Assembly (NCBI GenBank): GCA_963725865.1
Contig: CAVSAC010000014.1
Location: 800,001 to 864,000, forward strand
From: Candidatus Eiseniibacteriota bacterium
GTDB taxonomy: Bacteria; Eisenbacteria; RBG-16-71-46
Reading direction: 5' to 3'
DNA length: 64,000 nucleotides
The position numbers and the translations under genes are program-made. Each line of letters starts with the position of its first letter. Position 1 is the stretch's first letter. The notes beneath the pieces are model-generated. The model was not told the DNA's origin, searched no databases, and saw nothing but the letters and a program-made list of their open reading frames with translations. Positions 10,110 to 18,519 of this stretch are shown one piece after another.

Positions 10110-11404
10110 CGTTCGCTCCTCTGGAGCTCGGGCAGGGTCAGGCCGAACAGGTCACCGCGTGCCGTGATGGCGAGCAGTCTCGCCTCCGTGCGCGCGAGGT
10201 CCTGGCGGGCGCGCGTCAGCGCGACTTCCTCGGTGTAGAGCTCGTGCGTGGCCTCGAACACGCGCCACAGGTCGGTCGTGCCGGCGTCGTACGCGCTCCA
10301 CGAAGCCGCGACCGCGCGCCGCTGGGTGGTGACGACCGTGTCGGCCAGCAGCGAGACGGTGCGCGAATCCGCCCGCGCGCCGGCGTGCAGGCTGCGCGCC
10401 TGCTGGTCCAGCTCCAGCGTGGCGGCGCGCAGGTCCTGCTCGGACGCGCGGGCCATCGCGTCCATCTCGGCCCCCTCGGAGAGCTCGCGCTGTTGCGCGA
10501 ACACGGGCAGCATGAACCCGAGCGTGGCCGACCACATGTTGTCCTGGGCCACCCCCATGACGGGCTGGCGGATACCGTACGACAGACCGAGCTGCAGGTC
10601 CGGCCAGAGCATCCGACGCGCAGCGCGCGCGGCCAGTCGGTAGCGGTCCGCCTGCGCCCTCAGTTCGCGCAACCGCGGGTGGTTCTCGTTCGCCGCGGCG
10701 AGGATCGGGAGCGGATCCTCGGGCAAAGACGTCGCCGGCGGTGCCGCGAGCGAGTCGGTCAGCGCACCCGCACCCCGCCCCATCAACGCCGCCAGTCGGG
10801 CGCGCGCGCCCAGCGCCTCGGCCTCGAAGCCGGCGAGGTCGGAAAGCGAACGCGCCCGCTCGACCTCGGCCCGGAGCACGTCGTCCAGCCGCCCATTCCC
10901 CGCGTCGTAGCGGGCCCGGGCGGATCGCACCAGTTGGTCCATCTCGCCGCGGTGCGAGCGGCTGGACTCCGCCAGCCGGCCGGCGTAGTAGGCATCGGCG
11001 AAGGCCTCCCACGCCATCGCGAAGAGCTCGTACCTCGCCATCTCGAGCCCGGCGCCCTCGGCCTGGGTGGCGGCGCTCGCCGCGCGCCGGCTGAGCCGGT
11101 TGGCTCCGAAGACCGGCACGCGCTGCTCGATCCCGACCATCTTCATGGTCATGGGTTCCATGTCGAAGCGCCCGTTGGTCGGCACGTTGATCGCCCCGAT
11201 CTCGACCATCGGGGACTGCCAGGCCCCTGCGGGCGCGACCCGACGGCGAGCCGCCTCGACCATCTCGCGCCGACTCGCCAGCGTCGGGTTGGCCAGCGCC
11301 ACCTCACGCAGCGCGGCCGGCAGATCCAGCGCCTGCGCTTCGTGGGGCGCCCCGGCCAACAGCAGGGAGAGGGCGACGGCGCCACGTGATAGCACGGAAC
11401 TCAT
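10106..11404 (-). CDS. TolC-family outer membrane efflux protein (CusC-like)
   Basis: Signal peptide, OEP repeats (ALANPTL, ARYDAGNG, AYDAGTTD), first gene of the cusCBA operon. Confidence 0.85.
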   Translation of the reverse strand: MSSVLSRGAVALSLLLAGAPHEAQALDLPAALREVALANPTLASRREMVEAARRRVAPAGAWQSPMVEIGAINVPTNGRFDMEPMTMKMVGIEQRVPVFGANRLSRRAASAATQAEGAGLEMARYELFAMAWEAFADAYYAGRLAESSRSHRGEMDQLVRSARARYDAGNGRLDDVLRAEVERARSLSDLAGFEAEALGARARLAALMGRGAGALTDSLAAPPATSLPEDPLPILAAANENHPRLRELRAQADRYRLAARAARRMLWPDLQLGLSYGIRQPVMGVAQDNMWSATLGFMLPVFAQQRELSEGAEMDAMARASEQDLRAATLELDQQARSLHAGARADSRTVSLLADTVVTTQRRAVAASWSAYDAGTTDLWRVFEATHELYTEEVALTRARQDLARTEARLLAITARGDLFGLTLPELQRSER

Positions 11405-11635
11405 GGAACATCCCCCGTTTCCTCGCGCACCGGCGAGTCCTCAGTGCGTCCACCTGGAAGCGCGGCGGCGCGGTGCCGGCGGCTTCTTCGTCATCGGGGA
11501 GCGGGCCGGCTCGTCATCGCGCACGGACGGGCTCCGGGTCCCGGGGCAACGTGCGGATGCACGAGACCCCGCCACGGCACGGCCGTGGACGTGCGAGGAA
11601 GGCGTACAGCTTCCGTCGCGGCAGCTCCGACGAGA

Positions 11636-12079
11636 CTAGAGGATGGGAGGCGCGCGCGCAGCGCGCGGAGTGTGCGCGCGCGATCCGGGCGGATCGTGCG
11701 CGTCGGGCGCCACCGCGTGGGCCGGTCCCGCGGGCGCGGGCAGGCTCGGCGGATCGACGGTCAACGCGATGGCCGTCGTCGGCGCGGGGTGGTCGGCCGC
11801 GGGTGCCGTCACCGGGATCAGCGACACGCAGCAGGGCGAGACGGTGGGGGCGGGCGCGCGCGGGGTGCGGGCCGGCCCGTGCTGGCAGCAGGGGGCCGCG
11901 CCCCCGGCGTGCGTGGCGACGGTCGGCCCGTCGCCGGCCATGCACGACATCGGCACGCGGACGCCGCGCGCCGTCGCGGCCCCCGACACCATGCAGAGAT
12001 TGGTGCCGAGGACGAACAGCGCGAGCGCGAGGGTCGCACCCAGGGCGCGCAGCGTGCGGTCGAGCCGGAACGGTGCCAT
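11636..12079 (-). CDS. DUF2946/CruR/CutF-like Cys-rich leader protein ending in RAPP
   Basis: N-terminal hydrophobic segment, Cys/His motifs (NLC, MSC, PCCQH, PCCVS), Pro-rich linker and C-terminus ARAPPIL*. Lies directly upstream of cusCBA. Confidence 0.7.
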   Translation of the reverse strand: MAPFRLDRTLRALGATLALALFVLGTNLCMVSGAATARGVRVPMSCMAGDGPTVATHAGGAAPCCQHGPARTPRAPAPTVSPCCVSLIPVTAPAADHPAPTTAIALTVDPPSLPAPAGPAHAVAPDAHDPPGSRAHTPRAARAPPIL

Positions 12080-12217
12080 GGGGTGAAGTATCGGCCGCCC
12101 TCCGGGCGCCGCGTGTTCCTCTTCTGCAAACAGTTGGGATCGGGAGGCTCGATGGTCCGGCCGAAGGCACGTGCCGCTGAAGCTCGGGTGGATGCGGGAC
12201 TGGATGCGGGTTCGGGC

Positions 12218-12246
12218 TTGACGCGCCCGGGACATGCACCCATCTT
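12218..12246 (+). promoter_or_regulatory. Candidate sigma70-type promoter for mtrAB
   Basis: TTGACG-N17-CATCTT; the -10 match is weak. Confidence 0.3.
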
Positions 12247-12415
12247 GACCCGCGATGAACGCTCGGGGCAGGACGCTCCGATCGGCCCTCTCCAGGGGGG
12301 CAGTCCCTCCCACGACGATCGCCCAGGGCCCTCGCACGAAGTCGCGTACGAACGGACCAGCCCGCCCACCCAGGTGGGTACGGCCGGCCAGGCCACCGCC
12401 GCAAGGAGAGCAGCG

Positions 12416-13342
12416 ATGAAACGCGCCCTGGCGCTCCCCGCTGTCTTGCTCACGCTACCGCTGGTCGCGCTGCTGAGCGCGCGGCCGCCCGCCCTCCATT
12501 CGGAGCCGGCCGCCACGTATGTCGGCTCCGAGACCTGCAAGGATTGCCACGAAGAGACGTGGGCCGCCATGCAGAAGACCGCGCACGGACGCGCCGAAGT
12601 CGACGCCCAGGTGATCGCCGATCGGGTCGGCTGCGAATCGTGCCATGGCCCCGGCTCGCTGCACGCCGAAGCCGCGGGCGACAAGAGCAATCCCGGATAC
12701 GCGACGGTTCGCAACTTCGCCACCATGTCCGCCACCGAGGCGAATGACGCGTGCCTGAGCTGTCACAAGAGCGGCGACCAGTTCTACTGGCAGCACGGCG
12801 CGCACGCGCGCGGCGGCCTGGCCTGCATCAAGTGTCACGATCCTCATCATGCGAAGACCGGCTCCGAGGGGGCGCTGCTGACCGCGCCCGACGTGAACCA
12901 GCTCTGCGTGACCTGCCACAAGGACAAGAAGGCCGCGATGTCGCGCTCGGCGCACATGCCGCTGCGCGAGGGCGGGCTGACGTGTGCGTCGTGTCACAAC
13001 CCGCACGGCAGCGCGACCGCCAGCCTGCTCAAGGCGTCGACGCCGAACGAGCTGTGCCTGACCTGCCACGCCGACAAGCGCGGCCCGTTCCTGTGGGAGC
13101 ACGCGCCGGTGCGCGAGAACTGCTTGAACTGCCACCAGCCGCACGGCTCGAACAACGCCAAGGTGCTGGCGTCCAAGGAGCCCTTCCTCTGTCAGCGGTG
13201 CCACGTGGCCTCGCGCCATCCGAGCACGGTCTACGACCTGAACGACCTGACAGCCAATCGTCTGATCAACCGGGGCTGCACGAACTGCCACGCCCAGATC
13301 CACGGGTCGAATCACCCGTCCGGCAACTTCTTCTTGAGGTAG
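12416..13342 (+). CDS. mtrA: MtrA/DmsE/MtoA-family periplasmic decaheme cytochrome c
   Basis: AAGGAG RBS, signal peptide, 10 CxxCH, family motifs KRGPFLWEHAPVRENC and C-terminal IHGSNHPSG. Confidence 0.92.
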   Translation: MKRALALPAVLLTLPLVALLSARPPALHSEPAATYVGSETCKDCHEETWAAMQKTAHGRAEVDAQVIADRVGCESCHGPGSLHAEAAGDKSNPGYATVRNFATMSATEANDACLSCHKSGDQFYWQHGAHARGGLACIKCHDPHHAKTGSEGALLTAPDVNQLCVTCHKDKKAAMSRSAHMPLREGGLTCASCHNPHGSATASLLKASTPNELCLTCHADKRGPFLWEHAPVRENCLNCHQPHGSNNAKVLASKEPFLCQRCHVASRHPSTVYDLNDLTANRLINRGCTNCHAQIHGSNHPSGNFFLR

Positions 13343-13352
13343 GAGGAGAACC

Positions 13353-15518
13353 ATGAGAACCGACCGACTCGCGTTCGTGATGATCGCGGCGTGTGCGTTG
13401 GCGCTCTGCGCTCCCGCCCGCCCGGTGAAGGCCGAGGGTTCGCTCGTGCTGGGGGACCAGTGGTGGACCCAGACCGCGCCCGAAGCGAAGTACCAGGAGC
13501 TGCGCGACGTGGCGCGCGGTCCGTTCCTCGAGTCGCTGAAGCTCGAGACCTGGAACGGCCGCAACACCTATGCGCTGTCCGCCGTGAACGGCATGCAGCG
13601 GGACCAGGCCTGGCGCGGCATGTGGGCGTGGGGCTCGAAGCTCAACGCCAGGATCGGCTACATCCAGACCCCGCACCGCTTCTCGAGCACCTCGAAGACG
13701 TTCTACACCGAGGCGGGGGCCGGCAACTTCGTGCTGTCCGACTCGCTGCAGGCGCTGATCCAGCGCAGCAGCAGCGGCGGGATCACCAACATCCTCACCG
13801 ACGCGGTCAACAACGCGAACCGCGTCCCGCTCGAGTTCCACACCAGCGTCGCGAGCGCCCGCGTCCGCGTGCGGCCGCAGCGCGGCTGGATGTTCGAAGC
13901 CAATGGCCGCCAGACGTCGCGCGCCGGCCGCAAGGCGTACGGCGCGTTCATCGGCACCAGCCCTGGCAACCCGGTGGTGGAGCTCTGGGAGCCCATCGAC
14001 CAGACCTTGACCGACGCCGACGTGCGCGCGAACTACACCAACGATCGCGTCACGGTGCAGGCCATCGGCTCCATCTCGATGTTCGACAATCTCCACGAGC
14101 GGATGACGTGGGACAACTCGCGCCGGCTGTCCGACAACGGGACTCTCGGGCCGGCACGGGGCCAGCTCGCGCTGGCACCCGACAACAGCGAAGTGCGGGG
14201 CAGCGTCGCGGTGGGCGTGAAGCTGCCCAGGAAGAGCCTGCTCACCGGCACCGTCGGGCTGGCCCGGATCACTCAGGACCAGGCCTGGCTGCCGGTGACG
14301 ATCAACCAGGCCCTGCGCCCGGACACCATCCGGGTGCCGGGCAACAACACCGACGGCAAGGCCGACGTCGTCAACCTGGACGCGCGGCTGACCTCGATGG
14401 CGGTGGACCACGTGCGCGGGACGCTGCGCTTCCACTCCGACCAGTACGACAACCAGACGCCGGAGCGGGTCTTTGCGCACATCGTCACCGGGGACTATGC
14501 GGTGGCCGGCCCGTTCGAGACCAAGCCGTTCGCGAACCGCAACTGGGTCGGTGGCTTCGACGTCGATGTCGATCCCGGCTCGCGGATCTCGGTGGGCGCC
14601 ACCGCGGAATATCGCATCCGCGAGCGCACGCACCGCGAGGTCGAGAAGGACAAGGAAACCATCTTCGGCGGGCGGCTGCGCGTGCGCCCGATGGACGGCC
14701 TCGCGTTCGACGCCCGGGGCCGCTTCGGCGACCGCAAGCTCGACGCGTTCCTCGAGGAGGACTACGAGAGCGCTCCGGGCGTGTTCGCGGAACAGCCCGG
14801 GCTGCGGCGGCCGGACGTCGCGAACCGTCAGCAGACCCAGGGTCAGGCCGGGCTGTCGTGGATGCCGACCGAGATGTTCGAACTGTCGGTGACCTACAAC
14901 TACCTCAAGAACGACTACAAGGACCTGAGGTTCGGCCTGAAGTCCGAGGAGGTGGGCACGGTGTCGTCGCTGGGCACCATCCACACGACCTCGCGGCTCG
15001 ATCTGCGGGGCGGCTACGGCTACTCGCTGAACAAGACCGCGCAGGACTCCAAGCAGGGGCTCGGGGCCGCGATCCTGACCGATCCCGCCAGCGACTCGCT
15101 GCTCTGGAGCGTCGACGTCAACGACAAGAACGTGTTCGTGACGGCGGGCTTCGACCTGTGGCTACGGCCGGAGCGCTTCTCCATCGTGGGCGACTACGAG
15201 TTCAGCCGCGACCTGGTGGACTTCCCGATGGAGGCGGCCTACGGACTCCGCGGGGCCGGCCTGGGCACCAATCGCTTCCTCGGTTCGGTGCCGAGCACGC
15301 TGTATCGACGCCACGACGTGGTGGTGGAGGCGCGCTACCAGCTGTTGAAGAGCACCCAGATCACCGGTCGCTACGGGTGGGAGGAGTTCGATGCGATCGA
15401 CTTCGCGGCCAAGGACGTGCCGCTGGTCGCTCCGTCGGCCGCCGCGATCTACCTGGGGGACTTCTACAAGGACTATCGCGCCCACCGGCTCGCGCTGCTG
15501 GTGAAGCACGCGTTCTGA
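13353..15518 (+). CDS. mtrB: MtrB/PioB-family outer-membrane beta-barrel porin
   Basis: Immediately follows the decaheme. Signal peptide, EPIDQT, LAPDN, PGLRRPDVANR, beta-strand pattern and terminal Phe. Confidence 0.88.
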   Translation: MRTDRLAFVMIAACALALCAPARPVKAEGSLVLGDQWWTQTAPEAKYQELRDVARGPFLESLKLETWNGRNTYALSAVNGMQRDQAWRGMWAWGSKLNARIGYIQTPHRFSSTSKTFYTEAGAGNFVLSDSLQALIQRSSSGGITNILTDAVNNANRVPLEFHTSVASARVRVRPQRGWMFEANGRQTSRAGRKAYGAFIGTSPGNPVVELWEPIDQTLTDADVRANYTNDRVTVQAIGSISMFDNLHERMTWDNSRRLSDNGTLGPARGQLALAPDNSEVRGSVAVGVKLPRKSLLTGTVGLARITQDQAWLPVTINQALRPDTIRVPGNNTDGKADVVNLDARLTSMAVDHVRGTLRFHSDQYDNQTPERVFAHIVTGDYAVAGPFETKPFANRNWVGGFDVDVDPGSRISVGATAEYRIRERTHREVEKDKETIFGGRLRVRPMDGLAFDARGRFGDRKLDAFLEEDYESAPGVFAEQPGLRRPDVANRQQTQGQAGLSWMPTEMFELSVTYNYLKNDYKDLRFGLKSEEVGTVSSLGTIHTTSRLDLRGGYGYSLNKTAQDSKQGLGAAILTDPASDSLLWSVDVNDKNVFVTAGFDLWLRPERFSIVGDYEFSRDLVDFPMEAAYGLRGAGLGTNRFLGSVPSTLYRRHDVVVEARYQLLKSTQITGRYGWEEFDAIDFAAKDVPLVAPSAAAIYLGDFYKDYRAHRLALLVKHAF

Positions 15519-15544
15519 TCGATTCGCGCGCCGGCTGCGGACGC

Positions 15545-15572
15545 ACGGCGCGGGGCTTCGGCCTCGCGCCGT
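15545..15572 (+). terminator. Hairpin after mtrB (C-UUCG-G tetraloop)
   Basis: ACGGCGCGGGGC-TTCG-GCCTCGCGCCGT, 12-bp stem with one G.U pair; no U-tract. Confidence 0.5.
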
Positions 15573-15622
15573 CCGTCGTCGCGGCGCTCGGCGGCGGCTG
15601 CGCGCGGCCGCGTCGGAATGGC

Positions 15623-15652
15623 TTGTGACCCGGCCGGAGCGCTCGCTATGAT
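15623..15652 (+). promoter_or_regulatory. Candidate sigma70-type promoter for the Rieske-1 operon
   Basis: TTGTGA-N18-TATGAT, 55 nt before the Rieske start. Confidence 0.35.
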
Positions 15653-15706
15653 GCGCCGCGCCGTGCCGGGCCCCCCTGCCTGAGATCCCGATCCTCGAGA
15701 GGTGAC

Positions 15707-16168
15707 ATGGCATCGCCCTCGACCCCGTCCTCCGCGCCCCCGGCGCCGGAGCGGCGGAAGTTCCTCGACTGGCTCAGCAAGGCGTTCCTGGGGCTGTGGG
15801 TGCTCGGAGGCGCCGGCGTGGTGGGCGCCTACCTCAAGTCACCCGAGCGCGAGAAGCGCATCGCCGAGCACACCGTTCGCGTCGGACTGCTCGAGGATCT
15901 GCACGTGGGCGAGGCGCGCCTGGTGCGCCACGGCATCGCGCCGTTCTTCGTCATTCGCACCGATGCCACCCGCGTCATCGCGATCTCGGCCGTGTGCACC
16001 CACGTGCGCTGCATCCTCGGATTCGATCGCGAACGCCGCGTGCTCCAGTGCCCCTGCCACGACGGGCGCTTCGATCTCGCCGGCAACGTGCTCGGAGGCC
16101 CGCCGTCGCGGCCCCTGCGCTCCTACGAGGTCGCGGTGCGGGCCGGCGAGGTGTACGTCCAGCTATGA
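15707..16168 (+). CDS. Rieske 2Fe-2S subunit of a Rieske/cytochrome b complex (copy 1)
   Basis: Tat motif ERRKFL, boxes CTHVRC and CPCHDG, GPPSRPL. Confidence 0.9.
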   Translation: MASPSTPSSAPPAPERRKFLDWLSKAFLGLWVLGGAGVVGAYLKSPEREKRIAEHTVRVGLLEDLHVGEARLVRHGIAPFFVIRTDATRVIAISAVCTHVRCILGFDRERRVLQCPCHDGRFDLAGNVLGGPPSRPLRSYEVAVRAGEVYVQL

Positions 16169-17298
16169 GCGGGACGCCCGAGTCCTCCCGGAGCCGTCGC
16201 CGCGATCCGGTCGGCTGGCTCGAGCGGCGCCTCAATCTGAGCGAGCTGTTCTCGTTCGTCACCCACTTCGGCTTCGTCTACACCCCCGTGGACACCTCCC
16301 GTCCGGTGCGCGAGGTGATCGACGGGGTCGCGCGCCAGCGCGTGGAGTCCTACGTGCACGGGCCGCGCGTGCTCGGCCTGCTCGCGGCCATCGTGTTCCT
16401 GCTCGAGGTGGTGACCGGGACGCTGCTGGCGTTCTACTACCAGCCCACGCCCGGCACCGCGTTCGAGAGCACACGCACCATCGTCCGCGACATCCCGTTC
16501 GGCTGGTTCCTCCACCAGATGCACACCTGGGGCGCGTGGCTGCTCGGCGGCCTGGTGGTCCTGCGGCTGCTGCGGCTGTTCTGGGACGGGCTCTACCGCG
16601 CACCGCGCGAGGTGCTGTGGTTCTGCGCCGTCGGGATGGCGTGGCTGGTGCTCCAGATGGACTTCACCGGCCGGCTCATGACGTGGAACTCGCATTCCTA
16701 CTGGTCGGTGGTGCGCGGCATGGAGGTCATCGTCGCGCTTCCGGTGGTCGGACCGGCGCTCACCTTCCTGCTTGGCGGGCACGTGGTCAGCGACAACACG
16801 CTGATTCGATTCTACGTGCTCCACGTGATGGTGCTGCCGGTGTGGTTCGCGCTCGGAGTCTTCCTGACGTTCGCCACGCTGCGACGCGTGGGCCTGAGCC
16901 CCGCCGTCGCGCGACCGGAGCGTAGCGAGACCACCTACCGCAACCACATGTACTCGATGGCGCTGCTGGTGCTCGGGATGTTCGGCGTGCTGGTGTCGCT
17001 GGCCATCCTGCTGCCGTTCCGGTTCTCGGCCGCCGCCGATCCGTACACCACTCCGGCCGGCGTGCGGCCGCCCTGGTACATGCTCGCGCCCTACGCGCTG
17101 CTCCAGGGCCTGCCCGTGCCGGTGTGGATCACCGGGCTCGTGCTGGTCGTGGCGGCGTTCGCAGTGCTGCTGCTGCCGCTGTTCGCGAAGCGCTTCGCGC
17201 TCTCCGAGACCGACGGGCGCACCCGCTTCGTCGGCCTCGTGCTCCTGGCCTCGTGGATCGCGCTGTCGGTGTGGGGCGCGTTCATGGAGCGACGGTGA
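16165..17298 (+). CDS. Cytochrome b (b6+subunit IV-like single chain), atypical: lacks the heme bH ligands
   Basis: TGTLLAFYYQP, FGWFLHQMH, YRAPRE, RFYVLH, PPWY. ATGA overlap with the Rieske stop. Confidence 0.88.
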   Translation: MSGTPESSRSRRRDPVGWLERRLNLSELFSFVTHFGFVYTPVDTSRPVREVIDGVARQRVESYVHGPRVLGLLAAIVFLLEVVTGTLLAFYYQPTPGTAFESTRTIVRDIPFGWFLHQMHTWGAWLLGGLVVLRLLRLFWDGLYRAPREVLWFCAVGMAWLVLQMDFTGRLMTWNSHSYWSVVRGMEVIVALPVVGPALTFLLGGHVVSDNTLIRFYVLHVMVLPVWFALGVFLTFATLRRVGLSPAVARPERSETTYRNHMYSMALLVLGMFGVLVSLAILLPFRFSAAADPYTTPAGVRPPWYMLAPYALLQGLPVPVWITGLVLVVAAFAVLLLPLFAKRFALSETDGRTRFVGLVLLASWIALSVWGAFMERR

Positions 17299-18518
17299 GT
17301 GCCGCGCGCGGCCTCGCGCCGCTGCTCGTCGCCGCGTTGTGCGCCATCGCGGCGCCGGCGCGCGCTGCTGCGCCCGAGGGCGGCGCGTCGGGGGGCCGCT
17401 GCGTAGCCTGTCACCCGGCGGAGAAGGTGCTGTTCCTCAAGAGCCTGCACGCGAACGAGGGCGTGACCTGTGTCTCGTGCCACGGAGGCAACGCGGACGC
17501 GGTCGACCAGGCGACCGCCCACGGCCGCGGCTTCCGCGGCCGGATCTCCAAGCAGGATGTCCCCGCGATGTGCTCGTCGTGTCATTCGGACGAGGACCGG
17601 ATGCGGCCCTACAACCTGCCCGTGGACCAGAACGCGCTCTACCAGACCTCGGACCACGGCCGCCGGCTCGCGAAAGGCGACCTGCGGGTCGCGGTGTGTT
17701 CGGACTGCCACGGCGCGCACGACATCCTGCCGCCCGAGGATCCGGCGAGCCGGGTCTACGCGCTCAACATCCCCCGCACCTGCGGCACCTGCCACGGTGA
17801 CCGCAAGCTGATGGGCGAGGGCGTGGACCGCGGCGGCGTCTACGCCGCGTACCAGTCCAGCGTGCACGCCAAGGCGTTGTTCGAGCGCGGCAACCTGCGT
17901 GCGCCGACCTGCGTGTCCTGCCACGGGGTGCACGGCGCCGCGCCGCCGCAGACCGGCGACATCGCGAAGGTGTGCGGCCAGTGCCACACCGCCGAGCGCC
18001 GCTACTTCGCGGCCGGCCCGCACCAGCGCAACCTGGCGCAAAGCGGCCTGCCGGAGTGCGTGTCGTGCCACGGCAACCACGCGGTGGCGGCCTCCGATCC
18101 GGGGCGCCTCGGCACCCAGTGCGGCACGTGCCATGGCATGGGCTCCCCGCAGGAGAAGGCCGGCCAGGCGATGCTCGGCGAGTACCTCGCCGCGCAGAAG
18201 GAGGTCGACGCCGCGGCCGCGATCATCGCCAGGGCCGACGCGGTGCCGCTGCCGACCGAGGACTACAAGGCGCGGCTCGAAGAGGCCCGCACCTTCCTGA
18301 GCGAGGCCCTGCCGGCCGCGCACTCGGTGCACCTCGAGACGGTCTCGCCGTTCGCCTCGCGAGCCCGCTCGGTCGGGCAGGAGATCCGCAGCGAGATCGG
18401 CCGCAAGCTCGGCGACAGCAAGTGGCGCTATGTGGGCCTGGTCGTGTTCTGGTTCTACCTCGGGCTCACCCTCCTGATCGTGCGCCGCTTCCAGAGACGG
18501 GCCGCGGGGAGGCCATAG
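17295..18518 (+). CDS. Membrane-anchored nonaheme cytochrome c (copy 1)
   Basis: Signal peptide, 9 CxxCH, helical region and C-terminal TM helix. GTGA overlap. Confidence 0.85.
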   Translation: MSAARGLAPLLVAALCAIAAPARAAAPEGGASGGRCVACHPAEKVLFLKSLHANEGVTCVSCHGGNADAVDQATAHGRGFRGRISKQDVPAMCSSCHSDEDRMRPYNLPVDQNALYQTSDHGRRLAKGDLRVAVCSDCHGAHDILPPEDPASRVYALNIPRTCGTCHGDRKLMGEGVDRGGVYAAYQSSVHAKALFERGNLRAPTCVSCHGVHGAAPPQTGDIAKVCGQCHTAERRYFAAGPHQRNLAQSGLPECVSCHGNHAVAASDPGRLGTQCGTCHGMGSPQEKAGQAMLGEYLAAQKEVDAAAAIIARADAVPLPTEDYKARLEEARTFLSEALPAAHSVHLETVSPFASRARSVGQEIRSEIGRKLGDSKWRYVGLVVFWFYLGLTLLIVRRFQRRAAGRP

Positions 18519-18519
18519 G

